Positions 16,111 through 25,705 of a stretch of DNA of 52,575 nt are shown here, piece by piece. The stretch is from Methanobacteriota archaeon (GTDB lineage Archaea > Halobacteriota > Syntropharchaeia > JAUWIL01). Location: assembly GCA_030605385.1 (NCBI GenBank), contig JAUWIL010000001.1, positions 1 to 52,575 on the forward strand, in the 5' to 3' direction. Each line of letters starts with the position of its first letter. Position 1 is the stretch's first letter. The notes below the pieces were generated by a model. The model had not been told where the DNA came from. It did no database searches and saw only the letters and a program-made list of their open reading frames with translations. The position numbers were made by a program, and so were the translations under genes.

Positions 16111-18363
16111 TTGCAGCATCGATTTTATTTTGGGTGGAGTGTGGAAAGCACGAACTCGCCAAAAATATCAGAGGACTTCCTGAAGTACTTCCCAAAGGAG
16201 GAGTTCTATCCCAATCAGCTCGAAGCGATGCAGAGAATACATTCTGCGCTCATTGAAAGAAAAGTGGTTCTGTTTGAGGGTGCCTGTGGTACCGGAAAGA
16301 CTCTGAGTTCTCTGGCTCCGGCGCTTGATGTAGGTAAAAAACTCAACAAACTGGTAGTTATAGCCACAAATGTGCATCAGCAAATGCTTCAATTCATAGA
16401 GGAGGCGCGTGAGATAAGGGCTGCAGTGCCCGTAAAGGTAATTGTTCTGAAGGGTAAACTGCACATGTGCCCGGAGAACAAGGGCTACGACGAGTGCGAC
16501 GTGCTCAGAGAGAATACTTACGAGGCAGTGCAGCTTCAAAATGATATCGAGCGAAACAACGCGCAGATAGGGCGGTTAGAGAGGGAATACCGCGAGACGT
16601 CGGATGAGAGTAAACTCGGGCTGCGCGACGGACTCAGCGCAGAAACAGAGATGATGCAGCGCAAACTCTCTCAGACTGAGAGGCGAGAATGTAAAAGCCT
16701 CCGGGCAGTTCTCAGCGCAGACGAGAAGTTTATGAGTGAGTTTAGAAGATGGCTTTTCGCTGATGTACGGACCGCAGAAGAGGTCAGCGCAAAGGCGGAA
16801 GAACATGGAATGTGCGGGTACGAACTGCTAAAAAGGGAGATGCGCAGCGCAGATCTCCTGATATGCAATTACCATCACGTGCTGAACTTTGAGATACTGC
16901 AGTTCATACTGAACTGGGCTGACAAGAGTATCGAAGATGTCATACTCATATTCGATGAAGCTCACAACGTGGAATCTTCGGCAAGATCGCATGCATCCAG
17001 AACTATATCTGAGAAGGTAATTGAAGGCGCTCTCAATGAGCTTGAAAGCATGCGGTCTGAGATGCCAAATGCGATTGATGTAGATGATGTCAGGAGATTC
17101 GTAGAGGCTTTGAGAAATGCCCTGCACGACGCGTACATATCGCATCTGGAGTTTGGTGAACTGGAGCGCGTGGGCAGTGACTGGCATGACATCATAATAC
17201 GGGACCCGAAAGATACCGAGGATATGGTAAGCAAGAGTCTATACGGGCAGATCGATTCCAGTGAGGCAAGGGAATTTCTCAAGAAGACGTACATCATTGG
17301 AACAAAGATCGAGGCAATCTTCAGGGATCGATTCAAGAAAGGGGAGACCGAGACAAGGCGCACCTCCTCCACACTGGCTGTAGCAAACTTTATGCTGGAA
17401 TTCATTAAATTCGCAGGCACAAAAGCATATTATCCTGTCATAAATGTGAGGAGGGAGCCGGGCGGAGACATAACAGCAAGACTGGAATTGTTCATGTGCA
17501 TACCCAAGAATGTTACCTATCCGCTGATAGAGAGCGTGCACAGCGCAGTTCTGATGTCTGCAACCCTGCAGCCGTTCGATGTAATGAGGAGTACGCTGGG
17601 AATAACGAGAGGCGCGACAGAATTCAGCTATGGTCCCAGCTTTCCCGAGAATCGCAGACTCACCTTGACCGTGCCCACACCCCCTCTTTTCGCAAAGAAC
17701 CGTGAGGATTCCGATATCATACGCATCACATGTAATGTACTCGGAGAGATTGTAGACAAGTCACACGGAAACGTGCTCATAATATTCCCAAGCAACGCTG
17801 AGGCTGCACGGTATCATGAGATATTTTTCAAATCCGATGAGTATAGGGGAATTAAGATTTTCCTGGACGAAGCAGGGAAAAGAGCAGAGGAGATACGAGA
17901 TCAGTTTTTCCAGATCGGTGAGGAAGGGGGCAAATCAGTGATGTTTACATACCTCTGGGGAACGCTGTCCGAAGGCCTCGATTACAGAGACGGGCGCGCC
18001 AGAGTTGTAGCTGTAGTTGGGGTTGGATATCCTGCACTGAATGAGAGAATGCGCGCCATCCAGGTAGCATACGACCATGAATTTAACGGCAATGGGTGGG
18101 AATATGCAATAGAGATACCAACCATACGCAAAGTGAGGCAGGCATTGGGGCGAATAGTGCGCAGCCCCACCGATTATGGTGTGCGCATCCTTGTAGATGC
18201 GAGATATACGGGCCCTGCTGAGCAAATACTCGGCAAGTACTCGGTGGCAGGATTGTTTCCGTACGAAGAGCGTCACGAATTTATCGATGTTGAGCCGGAA
18301 CGTATTGGATATTCGCTGATGAACTTCTTCAATGACACCGAACGAGCAGATGAATCAATGTAA
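16111..18363 (+). CDS. xpd: XPD/Rad3-family ATP-dependent DNA helicase
   Basis: Walker A GACGTGKT, DEAH box (FDEAHN), and four Cys of the FeS domain (HMCPEN..ECD..., RRECKS, HGMCGYE). The start is uncertain: TTG at 16111 or GTG at 16141. Confidence 0.8.
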   Translation: MQHRFYFGWSVESTNSPKISEDFLKYFPKEEFYPNQLEAMQRIHSALIERKVVLFEGACGTGKTLSSLAPALDVGKKLNKLVVIATNVHQQMLQFIEEAREIRAAVPVKVIVLKGKLHMCPENKGYDECDVLRENTYEAVQLQNDIERNNAQIGRLEREYRETSDESKLGLRDGLSAETEMMQRKLSQTERRECKSLRAVLSADEKFMSEFRRWLFADVRTAEEVSAKAEEHGMCGYELLKREMRSADLLICNYHHVLNFEILQFILNWADKSIEDVILIFDEAHNVESSARSHASRTISEKVIEGALNELESMRSEMPNAIDVDDVRRFVEALRNALHDAYISHLEFGELERVGSDWHDIIIRDPKDTEDMVSKSLYGQIDSSEAREFLKKTYIIGTKIEAIFRDRFKKGETETRRTSSTLAVANFMLEFIKFAGTKAYYPVINVRREPGGDITARLELFMCIPKNVTYPLIESVHSAVLMSATLQPFDVMRSTLGITRGATEFSYGPSFPENRRLTLTVPTPPLFAKNREDSDIIRITCNVLGEIVDKSHGNVLIIFPSNAEAARYHEIFFKSDEYRGIKIFLDEAGKRAEEIRDQFFQIGEEGGKSVMFTYLWGTLSEGLDYRDGRARVVAVVGVGYPALNERMRAIQVAYDHEFNGNGWEYAIEIPTIRKVRQALGRIVRSPTDYGVRILVDARYTGPAEQILGKYSVAGLFPYEERHEFIDVEPERIGYSLMNFFNDTERADESM

Positions 18364-18409
18364 AGCTTCCTCACACTTCTGTTTGACTGCATAGGTCGAT
18401 CAGGTTATA

Positions 18410-18814
18410 TCAACTGCCCCCTCCGTCAATTCTGTTTACCGCCAGCCCGGACTTATCGAAATTGCGGTATGCATTGAACAGCGCATCGGTGGGGCATGCT
18501 GTCATGCAGAACTGGCATCTACGGGTGCTTGGACATGCGCTCCATGTTTCGTCAGTCAGCGCAGGCATCATCATGCTATTATATCTTATGGCGTCGAACG
18601 GGCAGGCGCTGACGCAGACGCCGCAGCGCGAGCATGATGCAAGAAAAGCATCAAGGTCTATGTTGGCTATGTCAGAGGCCCGCATGTTCCCGCAGCCTGG
18701 AACGTTCATATTTGTGAAGCCACCGCTGAAAATCTTCTGCAGACCGAGCGGGAGAATGCTGAACAGCGCGGTGAATCCGATGAACTTCAACACTTCCCTG
18801 CGAGTCAGATCCAT
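18410..18814 (-). CDS. 2x[4Fe-4S] ferredoxin-domain protein with N-terminal twin-arginine-like hydrophobic leader
   Basis: CSRCGVCVSACP and CQFCMTACP cluster motifs. The N-terminus is MDLTRREVLKFIGFTALF. Confidence 0.7.
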   Translation of the reverse strand: MDLTRREVLKFIGFTALFSILPLGLQKIFSGGFTNMNVPGCGNMRASDIANIDLDAFLASCSRCGVCVSACPFDAIRYNSMMMPALTDETWSACPSTRRCQFCMTACPTDALFNAYRNFDKSGLAVNRIDGGGS

Positions 18815-18839
18815 AGTATGATGCCCCTACCGATATGCT

Positions 18840-20066
18840 TCAACTAGTTGTTCTATATCCCTTGTCCCTCAACCATGCCTTAACAAGGCTCTTGAAAACG
18901 GCAGGACTGCTCCTGTGCATAAGCAGCTTCCTTATCAGTATGGATGGATGGTCCATATCTCCATATTCAACTATCAGCCTCATCAGACTCTCGTCGCCGA
19001 GCGCTTCGATTGCCTTATCGAGTTCCCTGTCACTTAAATTCCTGAATATGTCGTGGAGCTTCAGACCGATAGAAAGTTCACGTCCAACGGCATTACGCCA
19101 GCCCTGCTCATAGCCTGCCAGAGCCTTCGCACTGCTGTCACCTTTCCCGACAGCGTCAGCGGCAACCTCTCCCGCAATCTTTGCACATGTTGCGCCCATG
19201 TAAACACCGCCGCCTGAAGTCGGCTTTACATGCCCTGCCGCATCGCCGACAATCATAATTCCATCTCCCACCGTCTTTCCCGGCGGCTCAAGCGGTACGC
19301 CCCCCATATTCAAACCAAGTACTGAGTCCCTGCAGCGCCCTGAAACTACAGGGTGCGTTTCGATGAGATTCCTCAGATTTTTAACCGCCTCACCCTGAGT
19401 GGTGCTGTAGCAGCAAATGCCAACGCGTGCTATGCTGTCCGTGAGCGGTACACTCCATGCAAAGAACCCTGGAGCGAATTCGCTGCCCAGAAAAACTTCC
19501 ACAAAATTCTCATCACGCACATCATAAGCGACCTCGAACTGTACGCCCGAGAGCATGCGCCCGGGAGCATCAAGACCTGCAAGTCTGCCAACCGTGGACT
19601 GCGCCCCGTCCGCCCCGATGACGACCTTACTGCGAACGTACTGGATTTCTCCTCCGTTGTTGAATTTGACTACGCGGGCACCGCCGTCATACTCACCGAC
19701 ACCTGTGACGTGTGATTTTAGTATAATTTCTGCGCCGGAATCAAGGGCGCGGTCTGCCATCAGCCTGTCGAGCAGGCACCTTTCTACGACATATGCGATG
19801 TCGCGGTGGCTGTCAATGCAAAGTTCCCTTCCGCCGGGAGAATATATGAATGCACCTCTTATGGGGTGCACAATGCACCTTTCACTCTGCTCTATGTCAC
19901 ATGCCTTCAGCGCGTTCTCGCTGAACAAGCCGGCACACTGCACGGGCTCACCAACCTCTGCATGCTCCTCATGGAGAAGAACGCGTGCACCTCGCACTGC
20001 CGCATATCTTGCAGCAGTGCTCCCGCTGGGTCCTGCACCCACAACAACCACATCGCATTCCTGCAT
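18840..20066 (-). CDS. Geranylgeranyl reductase family flavoprotein (digeranylgeranylglycerophospholipid reductase-like)
   Basis: FAD fold DVVVVGAGPSGSTAA, with the length and motifs of archaeal GGR. Confidence 0.8.
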   Translation of the reverse strand: MQECDVVVVGAGPSGSTAARYAAVRGARVLLHEEHAEVGEPVQCAGLFSENALKACDIEQSERCIVHPIRGAFIYSPGGRELCIDSHRDIAYVVERCLLDRLMADRALDSGAEIILKSHVTGVGEYDGGARVVKFNNGGEIQYVRSKVVIGADGAQSTVGRLAGLDAPGRMLSGVQFEVAYDVRDENFVEVFLGSEFAPGFFAWSVPLTDSIARVGICCYSTTQGEAVKNLRNLIETHPVVSGRCRDSVLGLNMGGVPLEPPGKTVGDGIMIVGDAAGHVKPTSGGGVYMGATCAKIAGEVAADAVGKGDSSAKALAGYEQGWRNAVGRELSIGLKLHDIFRNLSDRELDKAIEALGDESLMRLIVEYGDMDHPSILIRKLLMHRSSPAVFKSLVKAWLRDKGYRTTS

Positions 20067-20172
20067 GACATCAATACCGCTAATTTCTTATGAATACCAC
20101 AACATATTTGGAGTATAGCTAGATAAGACATATGAAATAACTGGTTATAAAGAGTGTGGGAGTGATTTGGTG

Positions 20173-20538
20173 ATGGGCATACTGGGCGGCGGTGAGGAGT
20201 ACAAACAGTGCATAGTCGTCAGAGATGATATAAAACTCTCTCGCGGCAAAACAGCGGTTCAGGCAGCTCATGCGGCAATACTCGCATACAACAACGCGGG
20301 CAGAACTGAACGTTCGAGGTGGATGAACAGCGGTCAGAAGAAGGTCGCACTTAAAGTAGGCACGCTGGAAGAGCTGAGGGGGCTTGAGAGGAAAGCAAGA
20401 AAGGTGAAAATCCCTTGTGCAATTGTTGTGGATGCAGGTCTTACCGAGGTGCCCCCTGGCACGGTGACGGCTCTGGGCATTGGACCTGCGAAATCATCGC
20501 AGCTTGATGCCGTGGTTGGGCACCTTAAACTTCTGTAG
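20173..20538 (+). CDS. pth2: Peptidyl-tRNA hydrolase, archaeal Pth2 type
   Basis: KQCIVVRDDIKLSRGKTAVQAAHAA...AIVVDAGLTEVPPGTVTALGIGP. The ATG at 20173 is chosen inside the TTG-initiated ORF. Confidence 0.85.
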   Translation: MGILGGGEEYKQCIVVRDDIKLSRGKTAVQAAHAAILAYNNAGRTERSRWMNSGQKKVALKVGTLEELRGLERKARKVKIPCAIVVDAGLTEVPPGTVTALGIGPAKSSQLDAVVGHLKLL

Positions 20539-20688
20539 ATTTCTGTGTTGCTGTGGTGCCCCACAAAGAGGAGGAACTTGGGCAGAGTATAAATGCTATT
20601 ACAGCAAGAGATATATTTCGCCACCATAATAGAGGGGGCATAATAAATAGAGGTACAACTAGGATAAATAGGAGTGTGAGATAAAGTT

Positions 20689-20994
20689 ATGAACGATAAG
20701 CAGGATGATGCACAGCAAGGTCCCATAAGCACCATACTTAAAGGCGTCGACGAGATAGGTACGAGGCTCGACAGTCTGACCGAAAAAGTCGTGGATCCCA
20801 TAAAGGAAACTGTTGACCTCGCGATTAAAGATGTTAATGAAATGCTAAAAGAAGTGATCGCTAGAGTGCCTAGTCTGTCCGATCTTGTCAGTGAGATTGC
20901 AGACAAAGAGATGGAGGCTGAACTCAGCTTCAATGACCTGACGTTATCAGGGAGCGTATCATTCAGGGCGGCCCCACTGAAAAAGATGAAATAA
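20689..20994 (+). CDS. Hypothetical protein
   Basis: Clean ORF whose stop abuts the next start (TAA then ATG). No domain recognised. Confidence 0.45.
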   Translation: MNDKQDDAQQGPISTILKGVDEIGTRLDSLTEKVVDPIKETVDLAIKDVNEMLKEVIARVPSLSDLVSEIADKEMEAELSFNDLTLSGSVSFRAAPLKKMK

Positions 20995-21414
20995 ATGGAT
21001 ATGGATCCAATACGATTTCTGGATAATATAAGCAGTGGCTCCGTAAGTCTGACGCTCAAGGAGGATGGAGGCAGCCTTGGCTCTATAACCATATCTAGAA
21101 ACGATATATCCATTGATATACGGAGTGCACGCAGGCTTTACAGGTATGCAAAGATTTTCGGCGGCGCGCCGCAGCTCCACCATGATGGAGAGAGTGGTGA
21201 TGAGGAGGGACGGCAGGCAATCAAAGAAATATCAGCGCTAATGGAAATACACGGCAAAACGCTGCGTCTGAAATACCGGGGATACGAGGTCCTGGAGCTT
21301 GGAAAGGAGTCAAAGCCCGGTCTGGTTGGAAAAGTTATGAAAAAGGTTGTGGTTGACGCGCCTCCCGAGCTGGACAGAGTTATCAACATCATACTGTCAA
21401 AGTTCAAAGTATAG
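20995..21414 (+). CDS. Hypothetical protein
   Basis: Starts at the nucleotide after the stop of the upstream ORF. No domain recognised. Confidence 0.45.
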   Translation: MDMDPIRFLDNISSGSVSLTLKEDGGSLGSITISRNDISIDIRSARRLYRYAKIFGGAPQLHHDGESGDEEGRQAIKEISALMEIHGKTLRLKYRGYEVLELGKESKPGLVGKVMKKVVVDAPPELDRVINIILSKFKV

Positions 21415-21641
21415 CAGAGCACAGAGCTCGGGATAAATGCAAAAATCATGATGCCGTATGATTCATTCATAGAAGCGTCAATAACTAATTATGCTTGTAG
21501 CGGCTGCCAATAGCCAATCGTACTGTGGGCATTGCCAATAGCCATGTCCAATAACCGATTCTAATATGATATCCTAAAGCAATAACTTAAAATAGCGTTG
21601 GCAACAACACGGAACGAAGAATAAATGCCACCATATACAGC

Positions 21642-21774
21642 GCTCCGGTAGTGTAGGCCGGCCAATCATGCAGGACTCTCAAAAACTTTGAAGTTACGGG
21701 TTTTATCATAAAAAGGAGGTAATGCTCGGGTTTGGGGCACTCCTGCGACTGGGGTTCAAATCCCCGCCGGAGCA
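21642..21774 (+). tRNA. tRNA-Glu(CUC) with an intron of about 58 nt in the anticodon loop
   Basis: Acceptor GCTCCGG/CCGGAGC plus discriminator A. D-arm GTGTAGGCCGGCCAATCAT as in archaeal tRNA-Glu. Anticodon stem CAGGA (21671-75) pairs with TCCTG (21741-45). Loop is CT-CTC-A. T-arm is TGGGG TTCAAAT CCCCG. No encoded CCA. Confidence 0.8.
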
Positions 21775-21813
21775 TACTTATTTTTATGCCCTGCCTCACC
21801 AAATTACGGAGTG

Positions 21814-21847
21814 CCCTATTTTCCCAGCCTCCCTATTTTCCCAGCCT
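21814..21847. repeat. Perfect tandem duplication, 2 x 17 nt (CCCTATTTTCCCAGCCT)
   Basis: Read directly. It spans the crotonase-family stop codon. Confidence 0.9.
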
Positions 21848-22585
21848 GTTGGTATATATACAAATAACCTGATTGCGGTCCTCCATGTTAAGTGCCTGCT
21901 CCAGTCCAGCTGCATCAAGATTCTGATTTATCGCTTCCTTGGTCAGCCTCAACCCTATTGGATTCTTTGATACCATTATTTTGGCAATCTCTTTCGCAGT
22001 TTCCATGAGTTTGTCCCGCGGCACGATCCTGCTCACAAATCCGAGATTGCATGCATCATCTGCGCTCATGAATTCGCCGGTAAGAAGAAACTCGTATGCT
22101 CTGCCCGCTCCGATCAGGCGCGGTAGAAGGTAGCTGCTTCCCATGTCCGCGCCGCCGAGCCCAATGTTCAGGTATGCCGCGTTGAATCTTGCGTCAGGAG
22201 TTATGATGCGCACATCTGATGCCATGGCAAAGCTGAATCCTGCGCCTGCTGCAGATCCGTGAACGGCGCATATAATCGGCTGGGGCACCTGCCGCATGGC
22301 AAGTATCAGTCTCGAGAACTTCATCTGAAACCTGTACACCTCACCTGGGCTGAGACCAAATGTGGCAGGCCCGGTCTCCTTCATGTCGAGTCCCCCGCAA
22401 AATCCTTTCTCACCTGCACCGCTGAGTATTATCACTCTTGCCCTCAAATCATATTTCCGTTCATACCAGAATGCCTCGAGTTCCTCTATCATCCTATCGT
22501 TAACTGCGTTCAGGCAGTGCGGTCTGTTCAGTGTCAAATACCCAATCTTGTTTTTGGTCTCGTAGAGTATTGTTTCATATTGCAT
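21833..22585 (-). CDS. Enoyl-CoA hydratase/isomerase (crotonase) family protein
   Basis: Start set to MQYETILYETKNKIGYLTLNRP. Oxyanion-hole region FCGGLDMKE, and AVHGSAAGAGFSFAMASD. Confidence 0.8.
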   Translation of the reverse strand: MQYETILYETKNKIGYLTLNRPHCLNAVNDRMIEELEAFWYERKYDLRARVIILSGAGEKGFCGGLDMKETGPATFGLSPGEVYRFQMKFSRLILAMRQVPQPIICAVHGSAAGAGFSFAMASDVRIITPDARFNAAYLNIGLGGADMGSSYLLPRLIGAGRAYEFLLTGEFMSADDACNLGFVSRIVPRDKLMETAKEIAKIMVSKNPIGLRLTKEAINQNLDAAGLEQALNMEDRNQVICIYTNRLGK

Positions 22586-22680
22586 GTGAAGGGTCCCCCT
22601 AATGCGCTCTAAAATTGTGTGCAAGCAGTAATATAATGCTTGCCATTTCTTGTCTGCCAATAGCTCCTAATCAGCCGCCA

Positions 22681-23748
22681 TCAAGCCTGATCCGCCATCA
22701 AGCCTGATCTCCCGGCCCCTTTTATCGCACCTATGTGCGGAGAATGTCTTATCTGCGTGTCATCTGACAGCGCGGATGAATATGATGCAAGTCTCCGTAT
22801 ATTCCTACTCACCTTGGACAGTATTATCGCCATCTGGGCATCATTCACATCACGGAATATGGCTTTATCAACTTCCCTCTGCATGGCCCTCATATCCTCC
22901 ATATGACTTATGACGTTGTCAGCAAGCGAGAAGTTATCATTGAAGAATGCCCGAAGAGCATCTTCCTGCAGCTCCTTCGCAAGCCTGGACATGTTCAGCA
23001 GCCCCTCCTTTATCTCGCGGCTGAACTCCCTGTTGTTTAATTCCAATGTTTGTATGGCGATATCTCCGGAGTAGTATGCCATCCGCGCGATGTCCCTTGA
23101 TGCGAGTACTACTATGACGCAGTCCCTCAGGTTGCGTGATGAGCATATGTCCATGGCCACATCCCTATTGATTGTGGTGATGGTCAGCTGCCTTATAGTA
23201 AGCCTGTACAGCTTGTTCACGTCATTTGATCTGTTGATTACGTCCTGCGCAAGCGCCATGTTGCCGCCAAGCAGCGCATCTATGGCGTCCTGATGCATTG
23301 TCACCGCCAATGTATGCATCCTGCGCAGTATTGTCTTCATCGGGAACTTGCTGGGGTCCACGAGCGTTCTTATCGTCACTCTGTTGGAGAACTCCTCCAA
23401 TATTTCAGTGCCAATCAAGTCAACTATGGAGTTTTTGATCTGCCCCTTCCATTCTGGTTGGATGACCTTCTTTGATACCACATTGATTATGTCGCATCCC
23501 TGCATATAGCAGCTCTTTATAGCCCTATCTATCAAGGTGGGGCTGAAGTATTCCTCTAATAAAAGCACACATTCCCGTCTGGCTTCCTCTTTCTTATATG
23601 TCGGTGGGTATATCTTGACTGTCCCGTCATTTTCGATTGATAGGCTGACAGTATCCCCATTATCAAGTCCCTCCCGGTTGACCCATTGCTTTGGCAGTGT
23701 AATCATATAACTTCCGCTTGCGCTTTTCTGTATTTTTCGTGAATCCAT
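22681..23748 (-). CDS. AbrB/SpoVT-domain plus PhoU-domain regulator (archaeal phosphate uptake regulator-like)
   Basis: Start at the ATG at 23748 with a GAGGTGGTG RBS. The N-terminal SGSYMITLPKQWVNREGLDNGDTVSL is AbrB-like. Helical PhoU-like repeats follow. Confidence 0.65.
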   Translation of the reverse strand: MDSRKIQKSASGSYMITLPKQWVNREGLDNGDTVSLSIENDGTVKIYPPTYKKEEARRECVLLLEEYFSPTLIDRAIKSCYMQGCDIINVVSKKVIQPEWKGQIKNSIVDLIGTEILEEFSNRVTIRTLVDPSKFPMKTILRRMHTLAVTMHQDAIDALLGGNMALAQDVINRSNDVNKLYRLTIRQLTITTINRDVAMDICSSRNLRDCVIVVLASRDIARMAYYSGDIAIQTLELNNREFSREIKEGLLNMSRLAKELQEDALRAFFNDNFSLADNVISHMEDMRAMQREVDKAIFRDVNDAQMAIILSKVSRNIRRLASYSSALSDDTQIRHSPHIGAIKGAGRSGLMADQA

Positions 23749-23931
23749 ATATAAACACCACCTCAAAAATCATAGTTTACATACTTCTACGGTTGAATGT
23801 ATATTAAACTTACTATATGTATGTCCTACTTACTATATATATGTTCAACCTACACTACATACGTACTTGGTAATCAATATACGTAAACTATATATTTCCT
23901 GTTGTTAAGTATGTAGTTGGAGGTATAAAAT

Positions 23932-25614
23932 ATGGAAGTCCTAGAAATAGAACCTCTTAAAGACAAAAAGCTGCAGGTGGTGCTTGTAGCCAGGGAATAT
24001 GATGAGAAATGGATGTTTCATCCAACCAAGAAGTCACCTTTCAAGAGCTTCTCTAGGGAGTACTGTGACTTTGTCAGCGGTGTTGTGGCAAAATATGAAC
24101 CCAGCGTGGTTACGGAAGAGCTAGGAAACCGCAGCATGAAGGAATTCATGAAGAGCGATCGGCTTGTAAAGTACATGAAGAAAAACAAGATAATGGTTTT
24201 GCCTGTGGATATACCTGATGCTGCCAGAGCGTATATCGAGTCCACGATAACTCCAAAACTGGAGGTGCTCGATACGATTACCAAAGAGGTCAACAGTATC
24301 CTCACCAAAAACCCGGAGAGGGCAGACGAACAGGACGTTCAGAACATGATTGCTTGGGGGCAGTACCTGGAGGATGAGATATGCAGGGAGGAGAAATACG
24401 TCGGAACAACCGTCCGAGAAGGATGGATGGTTAGCGGAATACTCGATAACGCCAGAAAGCACAATGGTAAAAAAGTGACTTGCGTCCACATATGCGATCT
24501 GCAGCACTTCGAGGGATTGACGAAGTTATTCAAAGAAGTCGGCGCTGATGTTGAAGCAATAGCAATTGAGAAGAAAGTTGCACAACCAGCGGATGCCAAC
24601 TATATGGCAGATGTTCTTAAGCCGCTCAACATCACGATAAAGCCCATCAAGGGAGGTAAAGGTGGAAGCGAGAAAGAGTATGTCCTGTACATGCTCGACA
24701 CAGACGAGCAGGCAAGCCCTTTTGATATCAACATGGCCATAGATGCCGGGTTTGACCACATCATACCTTATGCCAGCATGACACCAGATAAAGTAACCAG
24801 GCTGGTGCAGGATATGATATTCTCCAGAGGGCACAACGGCGTGAAATATACCAGCATCTTCGTAGGCGGGCAGGATATGGCCATGGCAGATGCCATAGTT
24901 GACAAGATAAAGGAAACCATGTTCCCGCCATTCCAGGCGTCGGTAGTGGTTGATCCAAGGGGAGCCAACACAACGGCAGCCGCATTGGTGGCGAAAGTTA
25001 TAGATGCCATGAGATCGGTTGAAATTGGCGATGTGATTGGTAGAAAAGTAGTAGTACTCGGCGGCACAGGACCCGTAGGGAGCACTGCAGCAGTGATACT
25101 TGCAAAGGAAGGGTGCGATGTAGTCGCCGTTGAAACCGATTCATCCAGCGATCAGGAGATGACAGAGATCAATGTGGGTAGAATTGCAAACGCCAATGGT
25201 GTTACATTACAAGCAAGACACCTCGGAAAAACTACGGACGTAAAAGATCTGATTGCAGATGCTGATGTTGTATTGTCGACCGCAAAACCTGGAGTGCAGA
25301 TAGTTCCCAAATCGATCGTGAATACGCTCGCGCCGATCAAGATAATGGCAGACATAAACGCGGTACCGCCAGCCGGCATCGAAGGGGTGGAAGCGCGGCA
25401 CGACAAGGTCGAGATTGCACCCGGAATATATGGCATCGGATCACTTGCCATAGGAGCCCTCAAATACAATGTTGAGATGAAACTGCTCCGCAACGCGAGA
25501 AGGGTTGGCGACACTGGCATATACGACTCAATGGCTGCCATAGAGGTTGCCAAAGAACTGCTGGGGCCTGCCAAGAAGGTGACCATAACATCAAACGGAG
25601 CGATACCTGCCTGA
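23932..25614 (+). CDS. Fusion protein: unknown ~235-aa N-terminal domain plus MtdA-like NAD(P)-dependent methylene-H4MPT dehydrogenase domain
   Basis: The C-terminal ~320 aa align by eye along the whole length of Methylobacterium MtdA: LDTDEQASPFDINMAIDAGFDHIIPY, IFVGGQDMA, DPRGANTTAAALVA, VVVLGGTGPVG, ADINAVPPAGIEG. Confidence 0.65.
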   Translation: MEVLEIEPLKDKKLQVVLVAREYDEKWMFHPTKKSPFKSFSREYCDFVSGVVAKYEPSVVTEELGNRSMKEFMKSDRLVKYMKKNKIMVLPVDIPDAARAYIESTITPKLEVLDTITKEVNSILTKNPERADEQDVQNMIAWGQYLEDEICREEKYVGTTVREGWMVSGILDNARKHNGKKVTCVHICDLQHFEGLTKLFKEVGADVEAIAIEKKVAQPADANYMADVLKPLNITIKPIKGGKGGSEKEYVLYMLDTDEQASPFDINMAIDAGFDHIIPYASMTPDKVTRLVQDMIFSRGHNGVKYTSIFVGGQDMAMADAIVDKIKETMFPPFQASVVVDPRGANTTAAALVAKVIDAMRSVEIGDVIGRKVVVLGGTGPVGSTAAVILAKEGCDVVAVETDSSSDQEMTEINVGRIANANGVTLQARHLGKTTDVKDLIADADVVLSTAKPGVQIVPKSIVNTLAPIKIMADINAVPPAGIEGVEARHDKVEIAPGIYGIGSLAIGALKYNVEMKLLRNARRVGDTGIYDSMAAIEVAKELLGPAKKVTITSNGAIPA

Positions 25615-25620
25615 TGGTGT

Positions 25621-25647
25621 TTGAGGATTTGAGGACGATATCCTCAA
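25621..25647 (+). terminator. Hairpin TTGAGGAT...ATCCTCAA downstream of convergent genes
   Basis: 8-bp perfect stem immediately after the stop at 25614. Confidence 0.3.
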
Positions 25648-25676
25648 CAATTAGAATTGATTAACAACATCCGTAC

Positions 25677-25705
25677 CTGCCACCCGTCCATACGGCGGGT
25701 GGCAG
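25677..25705 (+). terminator. GC-rich hairpin CTGCCACCCG...CGGGTGGCAG
   Basis: 10-bp perfect stem with a 9-nt loop in the convergent spacer. Confidence 0.35.

Noticed and set aside
20334-21113. 259-aa ORF on the minus strand
   Set aside because: It has a Ser/Leu-rich low-complexity translation. It lies antisense to pth2 and to the two well-formed plus-strand ORFs, so it is a typical shadow ORF.
21814-21847. Whether the 17-nt duplication truncates the crotonase-family protein
   Set aside because: The stop codon lies within the repeat unit itself, so a single-copy version would end at the same residue. The duplication has no effect on the protein.
21722-21970. 82-aa ORF starting at an SD-ATG inside the tRNA-Glu intron
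   Set aside because: It reads through the tRNA 3' exon and then antisense into the crotonase-family gene. No motif. It is noted only as a curiosity under the tRNA finding.
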